64,000 nucleotides of DNA from Candidatus Moanibacter sp. (GTDB lineage Bacteria; Verrucomicrobiota; Verrucomicrobiia; Opitutales; UBA2987): assembly GCA_965215885.1 (NCBI GenBank), contig CBDCEW010000096.1, positions 65,401 to 129,400 on the forward strand. Direction: 5' to 3'. A model generated the notes under the pieces. It did not search any database, was not told the DNA's origin, and was given only the letters and a program-made list of their open reading frames with translations. Both the position numbers and the translations under genes were made by a program. Position 1 is the stretch's first letter, and the number at the start of each line of letters is the position of its first letter. Shown in pieces: positions 40,086 to 50,082 of the stretch.

Positions 40086-40778
40086 ATGAAAGATTACTCA
40101 TTAACTAACTTCATAGACCGAACAAAGAACCAGGACAGAGGCGAAGGTTTATTCGAACTCGAAACGGATCGTATGTTAGAAATAAATCTCGACGGATCCA
40201 TTTGGACTAAAATGGGCTCAATGGTTGCTTATAATGGCAATATTAAGTTCACCAGAGAAGGGATATTAAGCCAAGGTATGGGAAATCTCTTAAAGAAGGC
40301 GGTAAGTGGGGAAGGATCAAAGCTTACAAAAGCTGAAGGAACAGGAGTTCTCTATTTGGCGGACGAAGGCAAAAAAGTAACTGTTCTTAATCTCAAGGAT
40401 GAATCTATCTTTGTTAATGGTAATGATATTCTAGCCTTTCAAGAGGGTATCAAAAACGAGATCAAAATGATGAAGAAAGCAGCAGCGATGCTCTCCGGAG
40501 GTCTCTTTAATATTCGCTTGGAAGGATCCGGCCTTGTAGCCCTTACAACACATTACGATCCTATCACTTTAGAAGTCCGACCTGGCAATCCCATCACTAC
40601 TGATCCAAATGCTACTGTTGCATGGTCTGGAAATTTGGAACCAGCATTCAAGAAGGATGTTTCTTTGAAAACGTTCTTTGGTCGTGGTAGTGGGGAAAGT
40701 ATCCAGATGGAATTTGCTGGCGAAGGTTTTGTGGTTATTCAGCCATACGAGGAAGTATATTTTCAAACTCACCGTTAG
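40086..40778 (+). CDS. AIM24 (DUF124) family protein
   Basis: KMGSMVAY, SGEG, GGLFNIRLEG, GSGESIQMEFAGEGFVVIQP; visibly AT-richer than its neighbours. Confidence 0.9.
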   Translation: MKDYSLTNFIDRTKNQDRGEGLFELETDRMLEINLDGSIWTKMGSMVAYNGNIKFTREGILSQGMGNLLKKAVSGEGSKLTKAEGTGVLYLADEGKKVTVLNLKDESIFVNGNDILAFQEGIKNEIKMMKKAAAMLSGGLFNIRLEGSGLVALTTHYDPITLEVRPGNPITTDPNATVAWSGNLEPAFKKDVSLKTFFGRGSGESIQMEFAGEGFVVIQPYEEVYFQTHR

Positions 40779-41099
40779 GAAGATCCAGCCAGGCATGGGA
40801 GGCAACGCCTGACGGCGCTCTTCACTTTGACGTTGTTCGCGTTCCGGTTGAATGTGATCCTTTGCCGGGATAGTGCCGGCCGACCACGGGGCGACCTTCT
40901 ATGATGAGCCGTGCGACAACCTCGTAGTCGGTGGCCGCATGGGTGGTGTCGCGGCCATTGCAAGGAAGATTCGGAACGTCGGTCAAGTTTGGCTGCAGAA
41001 TCCAGAGAAAGCGGGTGATTCGCGCCGTTGAAGCGAATCATTATATGCAAGAGCACGTGAGGCGGACACCGAATCGGTATCATTTCCCTCTTTAGGAGC

Positions 41100-41873
41100 A
41101 TGACGACGAACGAGATTCAGAAAAACTGGGCCGGCAATTACGAATACAGTTCAAAGAGGCTGCACACTCCAAAGACGGTCGGGCAGGTGCAGGAACTGGT
41201 AAGCAGCTGCGGCAAGGTGAGGACGCTCGGTACGCGGCATTCATTCAACGGGATCGCCGACTCCACCGAGGATCTGATCTCACTGCAGGATCTCGATGCA
41301 GAGGTAACGCTGGACCGTGAACGCCACACCGTGACTGTCGGCGCCGGTGTCAGGTATGGCGATCTCTGCCGGTATCTTCATGGCGAGGGCTTTGCCCTGC
41401 ACAACATGGCCTCGCTACCACATATTTCAATCGCCGGCGCTTGTGCCACTGCTACTCACTGGTCCGGTGACAAGAATGGAAACCTGTCCACGGCCATAAC
41501 AGCGATGGAAATTGTCATAGCCTCCGGCGAGGTAATCGTTCTGTCTCACGAACAAGAGGGCGAGCAGTTTGCGGGGGCCGTGGTAGGGCTGGGCGGACTC
41601 GGGGTGGTCACAAAACTCACTCTCAAAATTGAACCGGCGTATGAAATGAGGCAGGATGTCTATGAGAATTTGCCCCTATCGCAACTGGAAGATCACTTCG
41701 ATGAGATCGTATCGAGCGCCTACAGCGTCAGTCTATTTACCAATTGGCTGAACGAGAGTTTTAGCCAGGTGTGGTTGAAACGGAGAGAAAGAGAAAAGAA
41801 TTCTCATCCCGGCAAGCCGGGACAAAATCGCAAAGGGGGAGAGGAAGTAGGTCCCCCGGTCGCTGTAAGGTAG
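41100..41873 (+). pseudogene. FAD-linked alditol/xylitol oxidase-like protein, 3' truncated near 41785
   Basis: NWAGN, GTRHSFN, NMASLPHISIAGACAT, AYSVSLFT; family similarity appears to stop after QVWLK. Confidence 0.8.
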
Positions 41874-41906
41874 AGAGGAGAGGTTGAAACGAACGTCCCC
41901 GGAGGG

Positions 41907-42075
41907 GCCATCCCACTGTTCCTTACGGTTATCGATCGATGAAGGAGGAAAGTTCAACTTAGTCTCTAGTCGATCAGGGGAGCGATGGTCACTGGCAAGC
42001 ACAGTGGTATGGGGCGGCCTGTCCTCCAAAGCCCTTGGGCGACGGGGGACAGCCCACAGTGGGTAAAATCTTAAG
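41907..42075 (-). ncRNA. Structured non-coding element, copy 1; resembles an IS110 non-coding left end
   Basis: Near-identical to 45556-45717; internal stems; ends in AAGGAACAGTGGGATGGC with no transposase after it. Family link is from recall. Confidence 0.5.
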
Positions 42076-42327
42076 AAAATCCTCACGCCTACCTTTTGCA
42101 CCCAACCTCGCCGACTGGCTAAGATGGGGGCGCAGTGAAGCCGCTTCGGCTCAATGCAGGCAGTAGGCCTATCACTCTTCGTTCCCTTCTCGTATTACGC
42201 CCGGCTCGGTGGGAGCAGCGACGACGGGTCGACAGAGTGGAGAAGATCAACGGATTACTCTTGCGGTAAAGAAATTCCATCTTAAGGAAACAGGCATCCT
42301 TTCTTTTCATCGTTAGTCGTACGTACA

Positions 42328-43188
42328 ATGGCCGCACTTACGCACCGTATTGACCTGCCACCTTTCGAAGCCGCAGATCAGGCGGAACGCCTCCGTTCTG
42401 AGGCTCACGATATGGCAGCGGCCTACATGGACACTCTTTTAAACGTTGTGCCTCGAGATCTGATTGTGGGCGTCTACGTGAAGGGCTCAGCCTACAAGCC
42501 CTGGGATTCCCTCATCGACTATGTCCCTGAACTCAGCGACGTGGATATCCATGTCCACTTCCTCAATGATGACGATGGCCACAGTTATCTCGGCACCCCC
42601 CAGCAGGCCTTGGACGTCGCCGAGCGGGCGCTTTCAGAGTTTTCCGCCCGCGTTCCGGACGCATCTCACCTCCCCAGGCCACAGCTGCTCGTTCTCAACG
42701 ACCTTGTAAAGCTTCCCGGCTATCTCCCGTCTCCGGCGGGCGCCGTACACACCCTCTATGGAGACATCTACGCCGGGGCCAGTCGAGATGACTATGGGAG
42801 CACCCAGCCTGACGACGCGCGCCGCTTCGCTGACGACGCTCGGTTCGTAGACGACGAACTCCCCATGAAAGTGATCGACCGACCAGGAAAGTATGCCTGG
42901 CGGGCAGTTTCGCTACTCGTGTGGCGTATTGGACCGGCCGGACCAAGACTGCTGACTCATCTCGGAGCACATCCTTACGACGCCTGGTCCATGAATCGCA
43001 CCAGAATTGTGCAGGAGTTGACCGTTCGCGGCCAACGGGACATCGCTGGAGCCTACGCCGAATTCTACCTCGCCGGGTGGGATGGTTATCGCTCCGCCTT
43101 CCGTGATGGCGACGCCGCGCGCCGGGCGCTGCATGCCGCCTCCCGCCTGTATTCCCTGGGTAAGATGGTGATTCCGAATCCAGACTAA
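42328..43188 (+). CDS. Nucleotidyltransferase-like protein in a cassette-like unit
   Basis: GVYVKGS...SDVD (Pol-beta NTase motif); flanked by GTTAGTC (42312) and GACTAAC (43183). Confidence 0.65.
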   Translation: MAALTHRIDLPPFEAADQAERLRSEAHDMAAAYMDTLLNVVPRDLIVGVYVKGSAYKPWDSLIDYVPELSDVDIHVHFLNDDDGHSYLGTPQQALDVAERALSEFSARVPDASHLPRPQLLVLNDLVKLPGYLPSPAGAVHTLYGDIYAGASRDDYGSTQPDDARRFADDARFVDDELPMKVIDRPGKYAWRAVSLLVWRIGPAGPRLLTHLGAHPYDAWSMNRTRIVQELTVRGQRDIAGAYAEFYLAGWDGYRSAFRDGDAARRALHAASRLYSLGKMVIPNPD

Positions 43189-43353
43189 CATCCCGACAAT
43201 TGATCAAGATTCTGCTGAAAATGTCATCGTTTCGGAATCCGGGACCGCGTTCTTGCGAATGCGGCTACGATGCTCCGTAAGTCGTTGTCATGAATACACT
43301 GTTAAATCTGTTGGTACTCCTGTTGTTGGCCGGTTTAGGGGCGGAGGAAGGGC

Positions 43354-44025
43354 ATGAAGCAGATTGTTGAGGAAATGCAGACGTATTATGGGCGGAGAGC
43401 TCCTGTCTATGATGCATCCATGGGCTACGATGACGGCCAGTCGGTAGAACGCCTTACTCCCGTGATCGACTTGCTTAGAAATCTGCTTCGGCATAAGCAA
43501 GTTCTTGAGGTTGCCTGTGGTCCATGTTTCTGGACGAACTTCGTGAGCGAGACCTCAAGTTCGATCCTGGCGACCGACTTCAACGAGTCCACTCTAGGCC
43601 AGGCTCGACAGAAGCCGCTTAATTGGGAAAAGATATCCCTGGCGGTTGCGGACGCTTACCATCTGGGTGCCGTTTCCGGGAGATTTGATAGTGCCTTTGC
43701 TGTTGATTGGTTTGCTCATGTACCTCGCTCCCGCATTCATGAGTTCCTGGTCGGTCTTCATAGAAAACTGGAAGTGGGCTCAAGAATCGTCTTCTGCGAC
43801 CAGCTTCCGGCTGCTCATTCTTTGACAGGGGTATACGATGAGGAGGGAAACCATATTCAGCAACGAACACTCCCAGGCGGTGTTCGTTTTCGGGTCATCA
43901 AAAACTACTTTACCGACGAGGAAAGCATTAAGATATTTTCGAGGTACTCAGACAAGGTCGAGATTCGCCGATTCCCCGCGTGTGGGCGAATTGTCGTGAG
44001 TTACCTATGCAACGCAATTCGGTGA
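43354..44025 (+). CDS. Class I SAM-dependent methyltransferase
   Basis: YYGRRAPVYD, VLEVACG, ADAY, WFAHVP. Confidence 0.88.
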   Translation: MKQIVEEMQTYYGRRAPVYDASMGYDDGQSVERLTPVIDLLRNLLRHKQVLEVACGPCFWTNFVSETSSSILATDFNESTLGQARQKPLNWEKISLAVADAYHLGAVSGRFDSAFAVDWFAHVPRSRIHEFLVGLHRKLEVGSRIVFCDQLPAAHSLTGVYDEEGNHIQQRTLPGGVRFRVIKNYFTDEESIKIFSRYSDKVEIRRFPACGRIVVSYLCNAIR

Positions 44026-44337
44026 GGCCGAAGCGAGAGAGCGCATTTGATCCGAAATGCGGGCCATCGTCCGGTCTCACACGCGAGGCTTTGTCGAGAC
44101 AGGAAAAACCCCCGGCAATCCGGGACAGGGGCGCCAAGATCGGTTTGAGGCCCGGGCGACAATAAAATTAAAAGGGCACTTTGTATTACAATCTGTCAGA
44201 ACTTAGTTTTTTGAACACGAATTTTCATTTGGTTAACTATAAAAGGTTGGTATTCAAAGCTGTGAAGTCGACAAGGTTCGGGACCCGTCGTCGCTCCGCT
44301 ATGCCGAGGCAGGCAAGGTTACCAGGGTATTCCGAGT

Positions 44338-44401
44338 TACCATTTCTATTCGATCATGAATGTCCTCACTACCATTTCTATTCGATCATGAATGTCCTCA
44401 C
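44338..44401 (+). repeat. Perfect 32 bp tandem duplication
   Basis: taccatttctattcgatcatgaatgtcctcac x2. Confidence 0.9.
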
Positions 44402-44814
44402 TATTTACGGGTTCGGCGGGGCCTGTTCCGAGACCGTTGAGGAGTCACCGCAGTCTCAGTAGCAACTCAGAGGAGCAAACCTCGTCCCGAGCCTTGTCGT
44501 AATCTGTGTATGGATGGAAGTCGGTATCAATTCAGATACGCTGGTAAGCCGGGATTCAACTTTCTCAATCCGCAGGTTTCCCTGGCTCGGCGCAGTGCAG
44601 CGAAGACGGCTCGAATCCGTGGGTAACTCTCCCTCTTCATTCCTCTCCCTTCTCTTTGTGTCCTTCTGTTCAATTCTCCGTGGTTCTCTGTGCTTCTCGG
44701 TGGTCTCTGTGGGCCCTCTTTCGTGCGTCGATCTTTCAATTTTGTTGCCGTTACGCCGCGCTGGATTCTCTTGCGGCTATTCCTGTTTTCGTGTTTCCGT
44801 CTTAGAATAGAAAG

Positions 44815-45519
44815 ATGAGCAAACAACAGATCATCGCGATGGGAGGCGGGGGGTTCTCGATGGAGCCAGACAACCTCCTCCTGGACGAGTACTTCCTGTC
44901 TCGGACGGGAAAGCGCAGGCCCGCGGTATGCTTCGTGCCCACGGCGTCTGGCGACTCGGACGGGTATATCGTGGGGTTCTACTCGTGTTTCGGAAAGCTG
45001 CCCTGCCAACCAACGCATCTATCCTTGTTCCGCCCTCCGGAGAAGCTGGAATCGTTCATCATGTCGCAGGACGCAATCTACGTTGGCGGAGGCAATACAA
45101 AGAGCATGCTGGCGTTGTGGCGCGAGTGGGGACTGGATCGGATTCTTCGCAAAGCATGGCGAAGAGGGGTGGTTCTGGGAGGAGTCAGCGCCGGTTCAAT
45201 CTGTTGGTTTGAAGAGGGACTCACCGATTCTTTCCCCGGCCGGCTCGCCGTCCTTCCCTGTCTCGGCCTCCTCAGCGGGAGCAATTGTCCTCACTACGAC
45301 GGTGAGCCGAAACGACGGCCCGCTTACCAGAGACTGATCAAGGGCGGCAAGATGATGGATGGTCTGGCAGCGGATGACGGTGTTGCCTTGCACTTCATCG
45401 GTAAAAAGCTCGCGCGTGTCGTGAGTTCTCGTCCCGACGCCGGTGCTTTTAGAGTAAAGAGGACCGAGAATGGAGTGGGAGAGACGAAAATCGCGCCGAA
45501 ATACCTTGGGAAATCGTAG
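44815..45519 (+). CDS. pepE: Peptidase E (S51 family)
   Basis: IIAMGGGGF, PTASGD, YVGGGNT, GVSAGS, CPHYD. Confidence 0.9.
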   Translation: MSKQQIIAMGGGGFSMEPDNLLLDEYFLSRTGKRRPAVCFVPTASGDSDGYIVGFYSCFGKLPCQPTHLSLFRPPEKLESFIMSQDAIYVGGGNTKSMLALWREWGLDRILRKAWRRGVVLGGVSAGSICWFEEGLTDSFPGRLAVLPCLGLLSGSNCPHYDGEPKRRPAYQRLIKGGKMMDGLAADDGVALHFIGKKLARVVSSRPDAGAFRVKRTENGVGETKIAPKYLGKS

Positions 45520-45555
45520 CCCGAACTCGCAAAGAGTTAGCCCGCTGATGCAGTA

Positions 45556-45717
45556 GCCATCCCACTGTTCCTTTCGGTGGTCGATCGGTGAAGGAGGAAA
45601 GCTCAACCTAGTCGATGAGGGGAGCGATGGTCACTGGCAAGCACAGTGGTATGGGGCGGCCTGTCCTCCAAAGCCCTTGGGCGACGGGGGCTAGCCCACC
45701 GTGGGAAAAATCTTAAG
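45556..45717 (-). ncRNA. Structured non-coding element, copy 2; resembles an IS110 non-coding left end
   Basis: See copy 1. The ATG at its end is followed by a stop within 8 codons. Confidence 0.5.
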
Positions 45718-45837
45718 TAGGAGTCTTTATACGTACCTTTCTGAACCGTCGCGGCAACTGGTGTGTTCGATCAAGAATAGAAGAATCGATCACGCAAAGA
45801 CGCAAAGAAGAGGGACCATTCTCTTAGAACTTGGCAT

Positions 45838-45960
45838 TCAGGTAGTTTGGCTTGGAATCGGGGGTTTTCCAGTGCAGAATTGCGGCGAATTGAAAGAATG
45901 ACAGAAGAGAACGAACTTCGATTTTTGGAAATTTGGAATGAGTACTTCGACATTGGCTAG
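45838..45960 (+). pseudogene. 5'-truncated DUF4160 family gene (partner of DUF2442)
   Basis: SLAWNRGFSSAELRRIERMTEENELRFLEIWNEYF overlaps the DUF2442 start; no start codon for the N-terminal half. Confidence 0.7.
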
Positions 45961-46267
45961 TAGCCCTTTGGCTGTTGAATTGCAGATCACCGACGAAGCA
46001 CTGGGCGTTTCTCTTTCCGACGGAAGAGTGGTGAGTGTGCCAATCTCATGGTATCCGCGTCTTTCTCATGCTTTACCACGACATCGTGAAGTATGGGAGT
46101 TGATCGGAGGAGGACATGGCATTCACTGGCCGGAACTGGATGAGGATATCAGCGTTGAGAATATTCTATTTGGGCAACCTTCAGGAGAGAGTGCACGATC
46201 CTTCAAAGATTGGAAGGAGTGGTATCAGGAGAATGTGACAGATCAATCGCGCCAGGAAGCGCCGTAA
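45938..46267 (+). CDS. DUF2442 family protein (putative antitoxin)
   Basis: LSDGRVVSVPISWYPRL, GIHWPELDEDISVE. Confidence 0.9.
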   Translation: MSTSTLASSPLAVELQITDEALGVSLSDGRVVSVPISWYPRLSHALPRHREVWELIGGGHGIHWPELDEDISVENILFGQPSGESARSFKDWKEWYQENVTDQSRQEAP

Positions 46268-46308
46268 CCGCCGCATTCGTATCCTCCGTTCTATCGTACT
46301 GCAGAATC

Positions 46309-47187
46309 CTACATCCTTCGGCTGTCGGCATGCCAAGCGTATTTCGGCCGCCAGCCGAGGAGACGGGCTGCTTTGGCGCTGTTGATGAGAGCGTTATGCC
46401 CATCGACCGGCTCGCGAATCTCTACGTTCGGATACCAATGGGAGAGAGCCGTCGCGCTGGGGACACTCAGGTAGGTGTCGGTGGCGTTGATCCAGAATAC
46501 CTCGTGTCCTGTCCAATCGGCCTCGATGGCGAGTCGGCATGAAGTTGCGACGTCCCGGATATCGATCCAGCACCAGAAGGATTTTGCCCCTCTTTCATTC
46601 TCCCGACAGGTGTCCTGGCAGGCGGCAATCTGCGTCTTTACTTTCTCGTCGGCTACCCAGGTGAAGCGAAGGCTGGCGATTTGCACCTCGCCCCGCCGCG
46701 CGAAGGCAGCGGCGAGCTGTTCCCCGAGCCACTTGGTAGTTGAGTAGACTTCCTCGCAGCGCGTCGGATGCTCCTCGTCTATGGGGAAGTATTTCGGGGG
46801 GACGACGGTACGATTAAACGCGGCGCCAAGTGCGTTGACGAATGAAGCCATCGCGATCTTATTGATTCCGACCATTTCCGCGGCTTCGAGGACATTGAAG
46901 GCTGTGCCCATATTGACCGAGAAAAGTCGCTCGGGAATGTGGCCGATCGGATTGGGAATCGCGGCGAGGTTGACGATAGCGTCGACTCCCTGCAGAACGG
47001 CGACGACATCGCCCATCACAGTGGAATCGCTCAGGGTAAAAATCTCCGACCCACTCTGGTCGTAGAGCCAGTCAACATGCGGCGGGGCTTTGCGATCGGC
47101 ATTAACCACGGAATGTCCATGGGCAACGAATTCGGCGACAACGTGCCGTCCGATGCGCCCCGATCCTCCGAAGACTGCGACTTTCAT
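46309..47187 (-). CDS. NAD-dependent epimerase/dehydratase
   Basis: VFGGSGRIG, NLAAIP, YSTTK. Confidence 0.9.
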   Translation of the reverse strand: MKVAVFGGSGRIGRHVVAEFVAHGHSVVNADRKAPPHVDWLYDQSGSEIFTLSDSTVMGDVVAVLQGVDAIVNLAAIPNPIGHIPERLFSVNMGTAFNVLEAAEMVGINKIAMASFVNALGAAFNRTVVPPKYFPIDEEHPTRCEEVYSTTKWLGEQLAAAFARRGEVQIASLRFTWVADEKVKTQIAACQDTCRENERGAKSFWCWIDIRDVATSCRLAIEADWTGHEVFWINATDTYLSVPSATALSHWYPNVEIREPVDGHNALINSAKAARLLGWRPKYAWHADSRRM

Positions 47188-47737
47188 GTGTTCATCCTCC
47201 TGAGCCGAGATCCGACGATAGCCACTGTAGGACAGGAGTGTGGAATGTCACCCGTAAAACCATGGATTGCCTAGCGTAGCGAAGCCGCAATCCCGCTGAG
47301 CGGGAAGAAGAAGAGAACCGGTCTGCCGTACGGCAGACCACGCAGATGGACGCGAATGAAGAAGAATTGACCACGGATTCGAGCCGTCTCCGCTGCGCCG
47401 TGCCAGGGAAAACCGCGTATTCCTGGAACAGGCAAGCCGCGACCGAAAAAGAGAGGGAGAAGTGGTGGCGGGGATCGGTTTTCGCTCCGCTTCGCCAAGA
47501 CGTGAGGACGCGGAGACGCAACCGAAGCTTTGTCGTAAGCTTCGTCGTCAACTTTGTCGCCGCTATCCGCTGAAATTTCAATGAAGCTTGCGACGAAGTT
47601 CGGGAGTAGCTTCTTTCCCCCGCCAGGAGATCTTTGTCGCGAGCCTTGTCGTGAGCTTTGTCGCGGTATTCTGTCACCCTCTCGACCAAGCTGACGCCGA
47701 AGTTTACGATGAAGGTTGGGAGTGGCGGGCCGCTACC

Positions 47738-48124
47738 TCAGGATTGCTCCCCGATGACGTCGCGATAGGCTTTGTCGGTCAGCAGACTGCCAACTTCCGT
47801 TGGATCGGTGATCCTGATCCTAACGATCCAGGTACTGTAAGGTTGCTCATTCACCAGTTCCGGCTTGGCATCCGCCTCTTCATTAATCTCCACAATCTCT
47901 CCTCCCACCGGCATGTAGAGATCTGTGGCCGCTTTAACCGATTCGATGACACCAAAGGTCTCGCTTTTATTGAAAACATCGCCAATAGTGGGTAACTCAA
48001 TGTAAGTCACGTCGCCAAGGCTCTCCTGTGCGAAGTCCGTTACGCCCACTTCCGATGTCTCATCAGAAATCCGCAACCATTCGTGCTCTTCTGTATATTT
48101 GAGGTCTGGTGGAATATTCGCCAT
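47738..48124 (-). CDS. gcvH: Glycine cleavage H protein
   Basis: LKYTEEHEW, GVTDFAQESLGD, IESVKA (lipoyl-Lys). Confidence 0.96.
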   Translation of the reverse strand: MANIPPDLKYTEEHEWLRISDETSEVGVTDFAQESLGDVTYIELPTIGDVFNKSETFGVIESVKAATDLYMPVGGEIVEINEEADAKPELVNEQPYSTWIVRIRITDPTEVGSLLTDKAYRDVIGEQS

Positions 48125-48330
48125 TTTTTGCACTGATCCACAAGAAATTTGTAATTCTGCCGGACTCCTCTCCTTCTCGCAAGTAGCAAGTCCGGATGAA
48201 AAGTGTCTTGACTTCATAAACGTCTGGGAAATATCCCCAACCTTCATGGGCCAGAATTGGGAAAATAGGATGAAGGATGCTGAAAGAGAAATGCAGTATT
48301 GGGATTCTGAAAATGAGTGGGAATAGATCA

Positions 48331-50037
48331 ATGCGCAGATACCGGGAACTACCGGCGATTCCGCCTGATATTGAGGTAGCGCGCTCGGTGGAGCTTAAAC
48401 CGATCTCGGAAATTGGTGTAGAGGCCGGCTTACTCGAGGAGGAGATGGAATCTCACGGTCTCTTCAAGGCCAAGATAAACGAGGGGGCCTTCGATCGCTT
48501 GGAGACGGGCGAGGATGGAAAGCTTATCCTTGTTACGGCGATGACACCGACCCGCGCCGGTGAGGGAAAGACCGTGACTAGTGTTGGATTGGCACAGGCG
48601 CTGGGCCGCAAAGGGCTCAGCCATATGCTCTGTTTGCGTGAACCCTCGCTGGGGCCGACCTTCGGAATCAAAGGTGGAGCGGCCGGCGGCGGTCGTGCCC
48701 AGGTGCTTCCGATGGAAGAGATCAACATGCATTTTACCGGCGATATGCATGCCATCACGACGGCGCATAATCTTTTGGCGGCCGTCGTGGACAATCATAT
48801 CTTTCATGGAAACAGTCTCAAGATAGGTGTCGGGAAGATCACGTGGCGACGAGTAATGGATCTGTGCGATCGTCAGTTGCGCAAATGCGAGATCGGGTTG
48901 GGTTCTCGTTTCGACGGGTTTTCGCACCATACTGGTTTCGATATCACAGCGGCATCAGAGGTAATGGCGATTATGTCACTTGCCAAAGATTCCGAAGATT
49001 TGAGAAGGCGTTTGGAGCGAATCATCGTTGGGTATACGGAAGTAGGGGAACCGGTATTCGCGAAGGAGTTGGACGTTGTAGGCGCGATGATGGTTCTGCT
49101 CAGGGAAGCGATGGCTCCGAATCTCGTGCAGACTTTGGATAACACACCGGCGCTCATACATTGCGGGCCGTTTGGAAATATCGCTCACGGCTGTAACAGC
49201 GTGCGCGCCACACGTCTTGCCTTAAAACTGGCTGATTACGTGGTTACGGAGGCGGGCTTTGCGGCGGATTTAGGAGCCGAGAAGTTCTTCAACATTAAGT
49301 GCCGCTCGGCGAATCTGCAACCGAGTGGTGCGGTTTTTGTCGTCAGTTGTCGCGCCTTAAAAAGTCACGGAGGGGTTCCGGCAGGCGATTTAATGGAGGA
49401 GAATGTCGATGCGGTAGTAAAGGGATTGGAGAACGCCGAGGTACACCTGGAAAATCTGGCGAAGTTTGGAATACCTGTAGTCGTGGCGGTTAATCGTTTT
49501 TCGCAGGACCGAAAGGGGGAGTTGGATGCAGTCTTTCAGTTCTGCGAGGAACGCGAAATCGAGGCCGCGTTGTCGGAGGTAGCGGCGTTTGGAGGAGAAG
49601 GGGGTCTGGAGTTGGCGGAGAAAATAATCTCCGCAATTGAAAGAGAGGCCGATTCGGAATCGAACTTTCGGTTTCTCTATGACGTGGAAGAGACAATAAA
49701 GAATAAGATCGAAACGATAGCACGAGAAATCTATCGGGCGGATGGTGTCGATTTCGAAGAGGAGGCGAACAACAGCATAGCGCGTATTGAGAGGCTCGGA
49801 ATGGACAGGCTCCCTCTTTGTATGGCTAAGACGCAGATGTCCCTCTCCGACGATCCGAAGAAGCTGGGAGCGCCAACCGATTGGCGCTTAACCGTGAAGG
49901 ATGTGAGGGTCAGTAACGGTGCCGGTTATCTCGTTGTGATTACCGGAAAGATGCTGCTCATGCCGGGAATGCCGAAGGAGTCGGTGGTTAAGAATATCGG
50001 AATTGATGAAGATGGGAACGTATATGGGCTCTCTTGA
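48331..50037 (+). CDS. fhs: Formate--tetrahydrofolate ligase
   Basis: TPTRAGEGKT, GIKGGAAGGG, GPFGNIAHG, EAGFAADLGAEKF. Confidence 0.97.
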   Translation: MRRYRELPAIPPDIEVARSVELKPISEIGVEAGLLEEEMESHGLFKAKINEGAFDRLETGEDGKLILVTAMTPTRAGEGKTVTSVGLAQALGRKGLSHMLCLREPSLGPTFGIKGGAAGGGRAQVLPMEEINMHFTGDMHAITTAHNLLAAVVDNHIFHGNSLKIGVGKITWRRVMDLCDRQLRKCEIGLGSRFDGFSHHTGFDITAASEVMAIMSLAKDSEDLRRRLERIIVGYTEVGEPVFAKELDVVGAMMVLLREAMAPNLVQTLDNTPALIHCGPFGNIAHGCNSVRATRLALKLADYVVTEAGFAADLGAEKFFNIKCRSANLQPSGAVFVVSCRALKSHGGVPAGDLMEENVDAVVKGLENAEVHLENLAKFGIPVVVAVNRFSQDRKGELDAVFQFCEEREIEAALSEVAAFGGEGGLELAEKIISAIEREADSESNFRFLYDVEETIKNKIETIAREIYRADGVDFEEEANNSIARIERLGMDRLPLCMAKTQMSLSDDPKKLGAPTDWRLTVKDVRVSNGAGYLVVITGKMLLMPGMPKESVVKNIGIDEDGNVYGLS

Positions 50038-50082
50038 AAGCACTTTAGCGTGAATAGCGAGCCCATCAAAATTGGAGAGGGG

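Noticed and set aside
44181..44810. Small ORFs in the repeat-rich spacers (also 47192-47689)
   Set aside because: The translations derive from low-complexity periodic repeats and show no protein-like features.
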